A stretch of 64,000 nucleotides of DNA from Camelus ferus (Eukaryota). The stretch spans positions 15,438,001 to 15,502,000 of the forward strand of contig NC_045704.1 in the NCBI RefSeq assembly GCF_009834535.1, written 5' to 3'. Each line of letters starts with the position of its first letter. Position 1 is the stretch's first letter. The notes under the pieces are model-generated. The model was not told the DNA's origin, ran no database searches, and saw only the letters and a program-made list of their open reading frames with translations. Shown one piece after another: positions 1 through 16,400 of the stretch. Both the position numbers and the translations under genes were made by a program.

Positions 1-283
1 CTATTTGTTGAATGCGTACATTATAGAGTGAAAATTTAAAAAGCAGTTTTTGGCACTTAGTGCTTGGCCAAGTACTGTGTAAAATGGAATTTTATATACC
101 TAATCTCATTTAATCCTCCCAACCCTGTGACTAAGAATATATACATACACATGTGTTTGTATGTATGAAGAAATGGGGGCACAGAGACACTAAGCAATTT
201 GCCCTAGGTCCACCAATGGTAAGGCACAGCTTCTAAAACCCAGACCTGTCCAATTCTAAACACCTATGTTCTGAACCTCTTGA

Positions 284-428
284 CCAGATGTCTTCAACAC
301 TGGCTGTGCGTCAGAATCATCCAGGAGATTTGTAAAAATAATGCAGAGGCCCAAGATTGTGGTTCAGTAGGCTTGAAATGTGACTAGGTATTTTTTGAAG
401 CTCAGGTGATTATGCTGGGCTGCCAAGG
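284..428. mobile_element. MER5A-like hAT remnant
   Basis: CAGAATCATCCAGGAGATTTGTAAAAATAATGCAGAGGCCC...CAGTAGGC...CAGGTGATT pattern. Confidence 0.55.
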
Positions 429-570
429 CCTTGAAAGGCAAGAACGAGAAGAAACTGCGATCACTGAGACACCGTCAGCAAGGGCTAACACGTCCTGAAT
501 GCTCGCTAGTGCCAGGTGCTGGTCCAAGGTTTTTACATATTAACACATTCAATCCCCTCAACAACTCTCA

Positions 571-4916
<4,346 letters not shown>

Positions 4917-5736
4917 GACAGCTTCGCCCTGAAACCGGCCCGAGACAGCGGATAGAGTTTAGGCCCAGCCAAGTCCCACCCCATGGAATCACCAGACCAA
5001 TGAACAACAATAGCAGCTGCACCATCCCACCCTCCAACGAGCAGTAAAGCCAATGGAGACTTTCGTTCTGAGGACACGCCTCCCTGTCTCCTTGGGGCTT
5101 TCAGGGTTGGTAACCCTGAGAGTTGCACATCCCAAAAGGGAGCGCGAAAGAGATAGGCACCGCCTCAGCGGAGGAGGGGAAGCCAATGAGAGGCGTTAGA
5201 TCATAGAAAATGTTCGACTTCCCGGGCGTAAGTACACGCCCCTCACGGATGTAGGCAAAGGACTGGTTATTCGCAGTCCAAAAAATCAACAAATGGTCCC
5301 CGAAGAAAAAGGGGAGCAGTCTATCCCTGAAGCGAGGAGTGGATTGGCTTCGCGGAGGCCCAGCCCCCGAAGGCAAGGCGGGCGGAAGTTTGGAAACAGC
5401 TTGTCCTTTCACTCCTTCACCCTGTGCGGTTCCACAACAAAATGGTTTGAGTCGGACCCGCTTTATTTCCTCTCCATTCTCGTGAACACCTGTCCCACTG
5501 TCCTGAATCTGAATGACCTCAAACCACTACGTAAGACTTTTACCCCACAGCTGTGTAGGGCTGGCGGAGATCGCTATGGCAACAGGTCACGCCCCACCCG
5601 CTGGTTGGGTTTGCGCAGGCTCCCACGGAAGTGGGCCGCAGGAAGCGGAAGTCCCGCCTTTCTCGCTCTCTGTTCAGAAGCTGAAGCAACGCGGAGGAGG
5701 CAGGAGTGATTTGAAAGCGCGGCAGCCACCACCACC
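4917..5736. promoter_or_regulatory. Bidirectional CpG-rich promoter shared by QPCTL and SNRPD2
   Basis: Divergent start codons 820 bp apart. CCAAT boxes at 4997, 5050 and 5183; ETS/GABP-type CGGAAGT at 5626 and 5646; X-box-like ATCGCTATGGCAAC at 5570-5583; CpG-rich. Confidence 0.8.
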
Positions 5737-8700
5737 ATGTGAGGCCGGGCTGGTCTTAGGTGGTGGGAGTGGGGTTGAGGGTGTAAATTTGGCCACTTAC
5801 CGGTGGAAGGGGATGGACCGAGCGGGGGCGGAAGCAGTCATTTTGGGGGTAAAGTGGCGTACTTTTCTACTGATGAGTTTGAGAATGGGCCTGGGGCCTT
5901 TGACGGATCCTGACTAAGGGAGAGGGGACAGCTTTATGAGATAACGGGCTGAGCTTTCCCAAATAATCAATCTTACTGAAATGAATTTTATGGGGAGGCG
6001 ATTTTACAAATAAAGAACCTGGGAGAGGAGAGTACGGACTCTTAGGAATAACGATTTGAGTTAAGCGTCTTATTCGGATAATTTGAGCTGGAGACGGTTG
6101 GCTTTTCGACCTAATTCGCGGTTTTTACGGTTAACGAGTTACCGGTATGATTTTACTTACGTATTCATTTAACAATCATTTATTAACTAATCATGTATCA
6201 GGCTGCTTTAGACACATAACAGTGAACTACCCCCACCCCTCCCCCAAGGAAAAAAATCCCCTTCTGCATATTATGGGATGGGAAGAGGCAGGCAATAAAT
6301 GTAATGGTAATAAGTAGGTAAAATATATCGTGTGTTAGGTGATGAGTGGCCGTAGAGTGGCAGTAGAGCAGAGGGGAAAGAATGGGGAGGACAGGACACA
6401 TTAAGGAGGCCGTACTTGAGCAAAGACCTGAAGAAAGTGAGATACCTGAGGAGGTCTTCAGGCAGAGGGGAAAGCAAATGCAGAGGCACAAAAAGAAATT
6501 TTGCCTAATATTTTCAAGGACCACTCAGGAGGCCACTGTGGCCAAAACAGTGAGAGAAGGCTGCAGATGTAGGTCATTGTAAAAACTTTCGATTTTACTT
6601 TTTACACTGAGATAGGAACCATGAGAGGGTTTTGAAGAGTGAGATGATATGATTGAGGTCTCAGTCTCACCCCTGAGACTCCTCTGTGGAGAACAAACTT
6701 ATGGAGCCTGGGTGGAGGCAGGGAGGCCAGTAAGACTCTAGAAGGGAGAGGATGGAGGTTCAGGCCATGGTAAGAAGTGGTCAGATTCTGATACATTTTA
6801 GAGGCAGAGGACTGAACAGGAGGCCATGACCACCCTCCAGCTCCACTTCCAGGCCCTCTCACCTATGGGTTCCATACTTGCCCACTTAGGAGCCTCCTCA
6901 ATAAGCCCAAGAGTGAGATGACCCCAGAGGAGCTGCAGAAGCGGGAGGAAGAGGAGTTTAACACGGGTCCACTCTCTGTGCTCACACAGTCGGTCAAGAA
7001 CAACACTCAAGTGCTCATCAACTGCCGCAACAACAAGAAGCTCCTGGGCCGGGTGAAGGCCTTCGACAGGTGAGTGCCAGGGTCCCAGGAGATGTTCCGT
7101 CTGGGCCTGGAGAAGCAGTCCCAGCTCCATGTGAGGAGCTTGAATACATGGTTTCTCAGAAGCCTGGAGCACGATCATTTTGAGACCCTGAGATGTGACT
7201 GTTTCTCGTTGTCCCTCCAGCTGTGGAGTACGGTGGTTATGGCCATGTGCTTGGGGAGCCAGTCATGTGTTCTTAGCAGCTCTACCCCTTAGTAGTCACG
7301 TGACCTTCGGCAGGTGACTGTCTCGTCTGTACAGTGGCAGTAATCGTTGTAGTTATAAAGATTCAATCATTTAATATATGAGAAACATAGTAAGTCATTA
7401 GAAGTATCTGGCACACAGTGCTCGTAATCAGTTTTCACAGTTAATGCACGATGAGAGCATCCACCCATGTCAGTTTTACCCTCCAGAGATACAGCAGTGA
7501 CCGAAACAAACATGGTTCCTATACTCGGGGAGCTTATGCTTGTAGTTTTAGGTGGGGAAGCCAATAGCAAACACACATAATGTGTTGCTAAATAATGTGT
7601 TGTAAAGACAAATGATTATAAATTCTATGCAGAGAAGTAAAGCCAGGTAAGACTTTGGAATACGGGGAAGCGAGTCCTGTCTTAGCTGGGTAATACAAGA
7701 GGCCTCCTAGGAGGAGATAATGGTGGACAGACCTGAATAAAATGAAGGAGCAAGCTAGGGTCTGAATGTTTCAGCCAGAGGGAGCAGCCAGTAATTTTTC
7801 CTGTCTGGGCTTCAGTTTCCTTATCTGCAAAATGTGCATCATAGTAATATTCCTTAGGACAATTGTGAGGGATAAATGACACTCTGTTGGAAGAGCACTT
7901 GGCTCAGTACCTAACATGTGATAAATGCTCAGTACACATATGACTCGCAGCCTTTAGTTAGCATTTGGGCCGTGCTTTCCTCACAGTGGTATGGTGAGGC
8001 TTCTGGAATGCTTTTACCACTAGCTGTTGATGTGACCATGAACAAGTCTTTCGCTCTGAGCCTTACTTTCCTCTTGAGTAAAATGAGTGAGGACAAGAGA
8101 AGGGGCCGAGCACCAGGAGGCAGGGAGCCCTGGATATGAACACAGGCTCTGCCACTTCCAAAATGTGTGACCTCGGGTGAGTCACTTCATCCCACTGGGA
8201 TCAGTTTCCTGCTCTAGAAGTTGGAGAGAACAGTAGTGTTTACATTTTTTTTTTAAGTTGACTCTCCTTTTCCGCTAGCTTCCTCCTCTGCCCCTATGTT
8301 AGCCTTTCACTCTGCCACCCCACCCAGCATATTGCCGTAGTACGTTTCCTGCAATGTTTCAGTCACATGCATACATTCAGGGGCTCCTTGGTGGTGGGAG
8401 TTAGCAGCTTTTTTGAGGCATAATTGATTTGTCATAGTATCATAAAATTGTTCTTGAGATAGTCTTCTCTGTACTCTGTTGCATCCTGTTTTTCACACAA
8501 ATCAGTGGTCTGAGGACATCAACACAGGTCAGCTAAGACATTCTTAATTAACCACTTTATTTACTTAATTATGTTACTTTCTTGAGTGAACAATGGATGC
8601 AAAATTCGAAAAATACAAGAGGCACCCAGTGAAGGACAAGTCGTCTCCCCAACCCCTTTGCCCCACTTGCCCTCCTGAGGGACCCCATCGTGGCTAACTT

Positions 8701-10073
8701 CTCAGGTTTACTTGAACAGATCATCATACATGTAGATATAGGAGGGTGCTTTTTATTTATTTTTAAATCACTACTAATGGCACACCACACAGTTTTAGAC
8801 CTTGGCTTCTTCACTTAACATTATACCTTGGAAATGTTCCCATATTGGCACGTTACTTCTTTTTTTTTTTTTTTTAACTTATTTTCTCTGAATTGGTAAT
8901 ATATTCCAAAAACAGTAATAATAGTCCAATGAAAAATTTCCATGTAGTTTGTCCCCAGTCTACCTAGGTCACCCCACTGCCACCAATCACTAGCTGTCTT
9001 TCAAGGATTGTGTATTGCATAAGCAAGTGGTGGGATAGATGCTTTTCCTGCCCCTTTTTTCCTACAGAGGATGACTTTCCATGCTTACTACCTTGCCTTT
9101 TTCACTCAGCAGTATCTGCTGGAAGTTACTTCTGAGCAAGGAACAGGCTTCTTCAGTTTTTTTCTTTTTCTTATGCTTGGTGATATTTCCCTATATCCTC
9201 CTGTCCCTTTACTTGCTTTAATCTTTTCTTCGTAGCACTCACCACCACCTGACAGTGTATTACAGGTATCTTTGTTTACTTTCTTCGTGTTCTTCTCCTC
9301 ACTAGAATGCACACCTCATGAGGGTGGGGATAGAATCTGTTTAATCCATTACTGTATTCATTGCATGCATTTGTTGAGTAAGCTGATCCATGCTGTTGTC
9401 ACACGTGCCCACCCGGCACCCTGAGGACAAGGACAAAGCAGGACTGGAGGGGAAGCATCACGTACCGCCTAAGGCCCCAGGGACCTCTGGTTCTCCAAAG
9501 AGAAGCTGTTCCTTTACTGATGCCTCCAAAAGTACTTGGAGTTAAAAAGCACAAACAGAATCATTTTTTTGCCTATATTTGCCTTGGGCCAGGCACTAAA
9601 TACTTGACGAGATTGCCATATTGATTCATTTAATTTTCACAGCAGCCCTAGGAGGTAGGCACCATGCTTGTCTCCATTTTAGAGAGGAGACAATAGAGGC
9701 ACAGAGGGGTGAAGTCCTTTGCCAAAGCCTCACTCTGAGGACTTGCAGAGGTGGCATTGGAGCCTGGCTGTCCTGGTCCCGGGGCCTGCCTCTTTCCCCA
9801 GGCCGTGCTGCGGGAGGAGAAGGCAGTACCCTGCAGAGGGGGGCCGATCAGAAGGCACCCCCCTTACTCCTGATNNNNNNNNNNNNNNNNNNNNNNNNNN
9901 NNNNNNNNNNNNNNNNNNNNNNNNNNNNNNNNNNNNNNNNNNNNNNNNNNNNNNNNNNNNNNNNNNNNNNNNNNNNNNNNNNNNNNNNNNNNNNNNNNNN
10001 NNNNNNNNNNNNNNNNNNNNNNNNNNNNNNNNNNNNNNNNNNNNNNNNNNNNNNNNNNNNNNNNNNNNNNNNN
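5737..10073 (+). CDS. SNRPD2: Small nuclear ribonucleoprotein Sm D2; third coding exon hidden in the N gap
   Basis: Exon 1 supplies AT (5737-5738, then GTGAGG donor). Exon 2 6890-7069 gives G+[60 protein letters not shown]. The remaining ~175 coding nt fit the 199-nt gap 9875-10073, which is followed by a short 3'UTR with AATAAA. Confidence 0.95.
9875..10073. other. Assembly gap (199 N) covering SNRPD2 exon 3 CDS
   Basis: N run between SNRPD2 intron 2 and its 3'UTR. Confidence 0.95.
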
Positions 10074-10136
10074 CGCCTCCTTGCTGGCAGAACTTGTCCT
10101 CTCATTTTGCAAACGCCTGCCCTTTGTGATGGGAAT

Positions 10137-10142
10137 AATAAA
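10137..10142 (+). terminator. SNRPD2 polyadenylation signal
   Basis: AATAAA ~65 nt after the gap, followed by a U/GU-rich tract. Confidence 0.8.
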
Positions 10143-13100
10143 GTCCTCTGTTTTTTTCTATTGGTATCTGTCTGTTCCCACGGCCTAGAGAGATGGCAGG
10201 CCTGGGAGGGGGGCCGCTGTGAGTGGGGTCCGCCCCTGGGATCCTCCGTGACTTCCCCTGTCTGTGAAGTGAATAGGTTGGGCAGAGAGAGCTTTTGCTC
10301 CCTCTTGTTTTAATTTTTCCCAGCGTCTCATCATTTTCTCTCTTCCTCCTCCCCACCTTTCTCTCTCAGTAAGTCAGTCTTCTTTTTCCCCATTTGTTCA
10401 GTCAAGAAGCAATCCCCCAAGTGCCTCCTCTGTGCCCAGCCCTGTGTTGCAGTGCTGGGGACACAGCAGTGCCTAGGAGAGCCCCCGACCTGCCCTCACT
10501 GATGAGAGGAGGAGCTCCATGGTTAAAGCAGTTAGTACCCCAATACTGATAGCATTTGTGGTACACCTGCAGGCGCTAGGCTCCGTGCCGTTGAGACTTA
10601 CTGACAGCTCTGAGCAGGCACTGTTATTTATTCCCTCCAACTCCAGAGGAGGGAACTGAGGCATAGAGAGGTGATCACACCTCCCAAGGGTATCCAGCCA
10701 GAAAGTGGTGATGCTGTGATTCAAACCCATGCTGCTCCTGAGCCTGTGGCTTAACGGCGAACTCTGCTGCCCTCAAATCACAACTTAATTGCCCTTGAAA
10801 GAAATTCTCTGATAAGGTAGGGAGATAGAGGTGTGAAGGGGGGCCTTACTTATTTTACAGGAGATTTAGAAAGATCCCTGTCTTGCTCTGATGCACAAAC
10901 ATCATGCTCTCCCCAACTCGCGTCTCTCTCTAACCTGTCTGCCTGCACCTGTGTCTGTTGTCCAGGTAGGGCCAAATGCCAGGCTGATGCAGTTCGCAGG
11001 CCTGAGGTCAGGATCAAATGAAATAGCAGACACACTGAGCAGTGGAAGGCACATCCTGAGTTACCCCATGAGCCCACTGGCAACAGAGCTGAGGACCCTG
11101 CAGCAGGAGAAGGCCTGACACAGGCAGGGCGGATGGCTGTGAAGTTATAAAGGTGCACATTTACTGAGCGGTTCACATGTGACTAGAACAACCATCTGGG
11201 AGGTAGATACTAGAGCCATCCCATTTTACAGATGAGACAACTGAGAGGGTAACTGACTTGCCCAGGATCACTCAGGAAATGATGAAACTGAGTTCAAACC
11301 AAGGAAGCCAGGCCCTCGTGAGTAATCTTGACTGTTGGGGAGCAGATGGAGCCACACTGTCCTCAGCTGTAAAGTGGGAGGAAGGACACTGCCTCAGGAG
11401 ATTTCTCTGGGGATTTGGTTCTTGTGTAGGAGCTGGGACACCACAAGCCCTGGAGTCACAGTCCTGGGTTTAAACCCCTGCCCTATGTCCCTCCTGTCCT
11501 CCCCAGGAAATAGGTGTTCATTTTCCTGTCTTGCAGGCTGGCAGCAAAGATTCTAGCCAAGGGCATCCTGCTTAGTATCAATCTGAATTTCCTCATCTCT
11601 TTACCACCTCACTGCCCAAATGGTTTTTAATCCCCTCTTCCTTCACTGAGCAAAAGTGAAAGCAGAGGTTGTAGGACAAGCACTAGGCAGTCTGGCGAAG
11701 TGTGCTCCAGGCACCAGGCTGTCCCCTAAGAGTAACTCAGAATTGCGGACAACCCTAGATGCACGTATCATCATTTCCCCCATTTCCCAGAAGTGAAACT
11801 GAGGCACAGAGATTGCGGATTTTCTCCAAGTCACACAGCTAGTCAGTAGCCAAACTAAGATTTGAACCAGGCTGTTTGCTGCAGCTTTATCATTCCCATA
11901 CTACCTTTCTAGAGAAGCAGCCCTCAGAAAATGTCACACACACAATTTTAATTGTACGCATTGTAAATAGTTTAAATATCAGAAGATCACATGAACATTC
12001 CCAGTGGGGGTTAGGCATGGAGGATGGTGGCCGAATGATGTCCGTGTTCTCTTGGCAACACATGACTAAAGTTGAGCGGCACTGCTTTCCAGAGGGTACA
12101 AGGCCACACAGCACCCCGCCACACAGTAGGCCTGTCATTTTATGGCCTAGTCAAGAAGATTCTCCTGTCCCTCCTCCCCCACAAAAAAAACCACAACTGT
12201 TTCTCATGCTTTATTTACAAGGGCCCAGCCCTGGGGCCCTCACCTTCCCAGAACCCACAAGAAGGGCCCAGCAGGGCCACATGCTTCAAGGGACTCTGAG
12301 TTCAGCAGCTGTGGTCACTGTCCAGGGAGTTGGGGAAAAGAATTGACAACACCCAGATACTAAGTGAATCTAAGTGTATATCTGTGGGAAGGATTTAGAA
12401 GTGAGGGTCTTGTATGTATACAAGTGGTCCAAGCACAATGAGACTGCTGGCTTCACCCCCAATTCTAGCTCCGAGGGACCACCCAGAAGGGTGGGGACAT
12501 GTGTCCACACTCCAGCTAGCAGTGGTCCTGGTCTCTCTGGATGTAGGTCTCAGCTCTGAAGCCTGCCCTGAATTGCCCATGTTTATATCTGCACACAGAA
12601 TCCTCCTCTGGAGCCCAGTGCCGCTCACACTTCTTTCTTTAACCCTTCCTGTGAGCTCCAGACCCTTATTCCCAGCTTCACACATCCAAAGAGCACTCTT
12701 GGGTCTCCCCACCCTGAACCCAATCTCCCTATCTCTCCTCTCTCCATCCCAAACTGAGACGTCTTTCCCTAATTTCTCTTCTTGCTACATTTTCCTCAGG
12801 CGATCCATGGACAAATCCTCTCAGTTCTACCTTTAAAATAGCCCCAGAATCCAACCGTTTCACACCCCAACATGGCCACCACCCTGGTCCAGCCAACACC
12901 ACCTCCCACCTGCAGTGTCCTCCTCACTGGGCTCCCAGCTGCCACCCGTGCTCCCAATAATCGGCTCCCACACAGGGCAGAGAGGGATCTGTTTAAAACA
13001 TTAGCCCACTCCATTAGGAGGCGCTCCGAAGACTCTTGAGTGCAGTCTGACTCATCCCATTCCAGCCACACAGGCCACCTCTCTGTTCCTCTGACATGGC

Positions 13101-13462
13101 CAAGCTCCTTGCTGCCCCTGGGCCTTTGTAGATGCTCTTCTGCCTAGAATCTTATCCATAAATTCCTCCCAATGCTGTCTCCTTCATCTCAGGCATGGCT
13201 TAAATGTCACCTCCCCAGAGATGCTCCAGACCACACTAGCCCCCTTCTAACTTTTCTTCATAAGCCATCCCACAGCATATGTACAACTTCTGTCTTCATG
13301 ATCTGTTTTCCTCAGTTGTGATCTCTAGGACAACAGGGATCTTGTTTTCTGTTCCCCCCCCCCCAGCCCCCACATTTCCTCAGCGCCCTCCACACCGGGC
13401 CTGGTACACAGCAGGCGGTCAATAAATACATGCTAACTGAATGGACACAAGAATCCCGCTGC

Positions 13463-16400
13463 CTAGCAGTAACTTTCCAAGACACGGCTGGCCTCAACCC
13501 CAGGACCCGGGAGGGCCCTGGAGCACAGAGCGCGGCCAGCGACGACCTGGCCGGGGCCAGAGCCCGAGGACAGGGTCGGGAAGGCGCGCTCGCGGGGCTG
13601 GCGTGGCTCCTCGCCGCCGAGGCTGTGGCGCAGGCGGCAGCGGTGCCAGCCTCGGCGGATCTCCGACTGCACCTGCAAGGGGACGGTGCTTAGAGGCGGC
13701 GACGAGCGCGCGGTTCCCCGCGCGGCCGCCAGAGGGCGAGGGCGAAGGGCCGTGGCTCTCCTACCTCCTTGTTGATGAAGCAGTAGAGGATGCTGACCAG
13801 GAAGCCCTGCCACAGGAGAGGAGGGGTTAAATCGGGAGTGGGGACAGGGTTATAAGCACCCCGTAATGAGCTCAGACCCTTTCCAGGCCCCAAACCACTT
13901 TGCCTGCTGCAACCCTGGTCCTAGACTATTGGAGCCACCTCCCTGGCTCCCTGCTGTCCCATTGCCCTTGCCAGTTTGCTGAGCAATCAGGGCTGGAGGT
14001 TAAGAATCCGTGATCCCGGAGGTAGACTGCTTGGATGTGATAACCACTTCCCCACTTGGGCAAGCTGCTTAACCCCTCTGTGCCTCAGTTTCTTCATCTG
14101 GAAAATGGAATAGTAAGAGTGGTGGTCATGAGAATTGAGATTTTTTAATATGCAAGAGGCTGTAGTGCCTGGTGCATGGTGTTAAACCTTTTTCTCAATC
14201 CTATCATAACTTACTACATAACATTATATATTATCAACAAATTAACTTTGATAAAGAATTAGTTTTATATTTATGTAAATGTATACATATTTACATATAA
14301 ATTTAAATAAATATAAAATATTCACAATGAATAGACACATTAATACAAGACAATTATTTTAAGAGTAATTATTAAGATATCTTATTATTACTTAACATAC
14401 CTGTTAAAATCTAACTCTGATCATATCCCTTTGCTTCTTCACTCAGAGGAAAAGCCAAAATCCTCGCTTGGCCTAGGGTTCTGCCCTGGTACCTCACCTC
14501 TGTCCTATCCCCACCTTGCTCCCACTGGCTCCCCCTGCTTCAGGCATGTTGGCCTCCCTCCATCATGACATCTCTCCCACCTCAGGGATCTTGTATTTGG
14601 TGTTTCTCTTCCTGGAACATTTTCCCCAAGTATTTTCTGGCCTGTTCCCTCACCTTCTTTGGGTCTCTGTTCCAATGTCTTCTTGGCAAGGCCTTCCCTA
14701 TTGCCCCATCTATAATCCCACTCTTCTTTGTCTGCTCATCACCTCTATTTTCTTACTTTTTTTTTTCTCCTCTAGGCACATCTCACTACCTTACATTCTG
14801 TATATTTTACTTATCTAGCATCTTTAGCATCTGTCTCTTCCATTAGAGGGTAGGACCATTTGGTCCTTGGTGGTATCTCCACAGTAAGCCTGGAGTCATG
14901 TTTGGTACATAGTAAGTGTTCAATAAATTTTTGCTGAAAGTAATGAATGAACAGCCTTGTGAGGGGAAATTAGTATTGTCCCCACTTTAGAGATGGGAAA
15001 ACTGAGGCCCAACAAGATTAAAGTAGGGTGGGGGCTAGGGTAGGGCAAGCAAGTGCGGGATTGGCCTTAAATGAGAGTGAGCACCTCCTTACATTTTGCA
15101 CTATGGGCACTTCGCATGCCTCACCCTTGCTCTGGCCCTGCGGTGAAGGCCACAGAGCTGGGAAGTGACAGAACCCAAATTTGGCCCCAGCCCTGTCTGG
15201 CCTCAAAGCCCTCCATCTCCGCCAGGAGGCAGTACTGCCAGGGCTGCCTGGTCTCCTGTCTTCTCCCTGCTGCTTCCCCAGCCCAGGGCAGAGCTAGCAT
15301 AGTATTCTGGGTAGAATGAATGAACAAAATCCCATCTTCACACCCGTCAGGTGACTGCGCCATGGGATGATTGTAGCCCTCATGCCGCTCTGAGTAGGAG
15401 TTACCTCAAGTCAAAGGGTGTAGCCCCTGCCCCCCCACTTAGGCACCTGGAAAGAGCTGAGGAAGATCTCAAAGCCGAGCTTGGCCAAGCGCAGGGTACC
15501 CCGGGCCTGTTCCTCAGTCACGGGAGCAAACACCACTTCGTGGACACCCAGCAGGGGCACCAGCGTCAGCGTGGAGCGAGCCAGCCTGGGGGTAGAGGGT
15601 GGCAGTGTTCCCACGGCCCCGGGTCCCCCATCTTGCACCCAGCCACCTTCCCCTCCGTCCCCAATGCCCTCCTTCACCTCAGCCGGTAGTCTGGGCACCG
15701 CATCTGCCGCGTCCTCACCTTGGACACGAGGATACCAAGGATACGGATAAAGATGATAAAATTAATCTGCAGGGAGAGAGTGAGACAGACCCAGGCCCGA
15801 AACCGTCTCGGGAACAAAGCGTAGCGCCTGGCTTCCCAAGATGGGAAATCCCTGAGACCACCTGGAGGAGGTGGGGCCGGCCGTACCAAGATGGTTAGGA
15901 GGATAGGGGTTCGTATGATCCACCAAATGGCCTTGATATCGTTCCTCTCCCAGCACCTGGAGGAGGGGGAGTAAAGCTAAGAGAAAACCCTAGGCTCAGA
16001 GGATCCAGCGCTTAACTCCCAGACTCCGCCCACCTTCCTTAACGCCACACCTATATTTCTTTAAAGCCCCACCTGCTACTATTTAGGCTTAGTCCTCATC
16101 CCTCCCCTTCCCGTAGTCCTCGAACACCGGTTTCCGAACGACCGATTCCTTTGGACCCCACCCACGTTCCCTCAGGGCTGCTAGGTGCAATTAGAACCTC
16201 CCAGCGTTTCCATCACACCCCGCCCACGTCCCTCAAAGAGCCACGCCCACCGCCCAAGCTCCGCCCCAACCCCGCCCCAGACCNNNNNNNNNNNNNNNNN
16301 NNNNNNNNNNNNNNNNNNNNNNNNNNNNNNNNNNNNNNNNNNNNNNNNNNNNNNNNNNNNNNNNNNNNNNNNNNNNNNNNNNNNNNNNNNNNNNNNNNNN

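Noticed and set aside
9621-10313. ORFs spanning N runs (also at 16.2-16.8, 35.0-35.6 and 48.5-49.0 kb)
   Set aside because: Length is an artefact of translating N as X.
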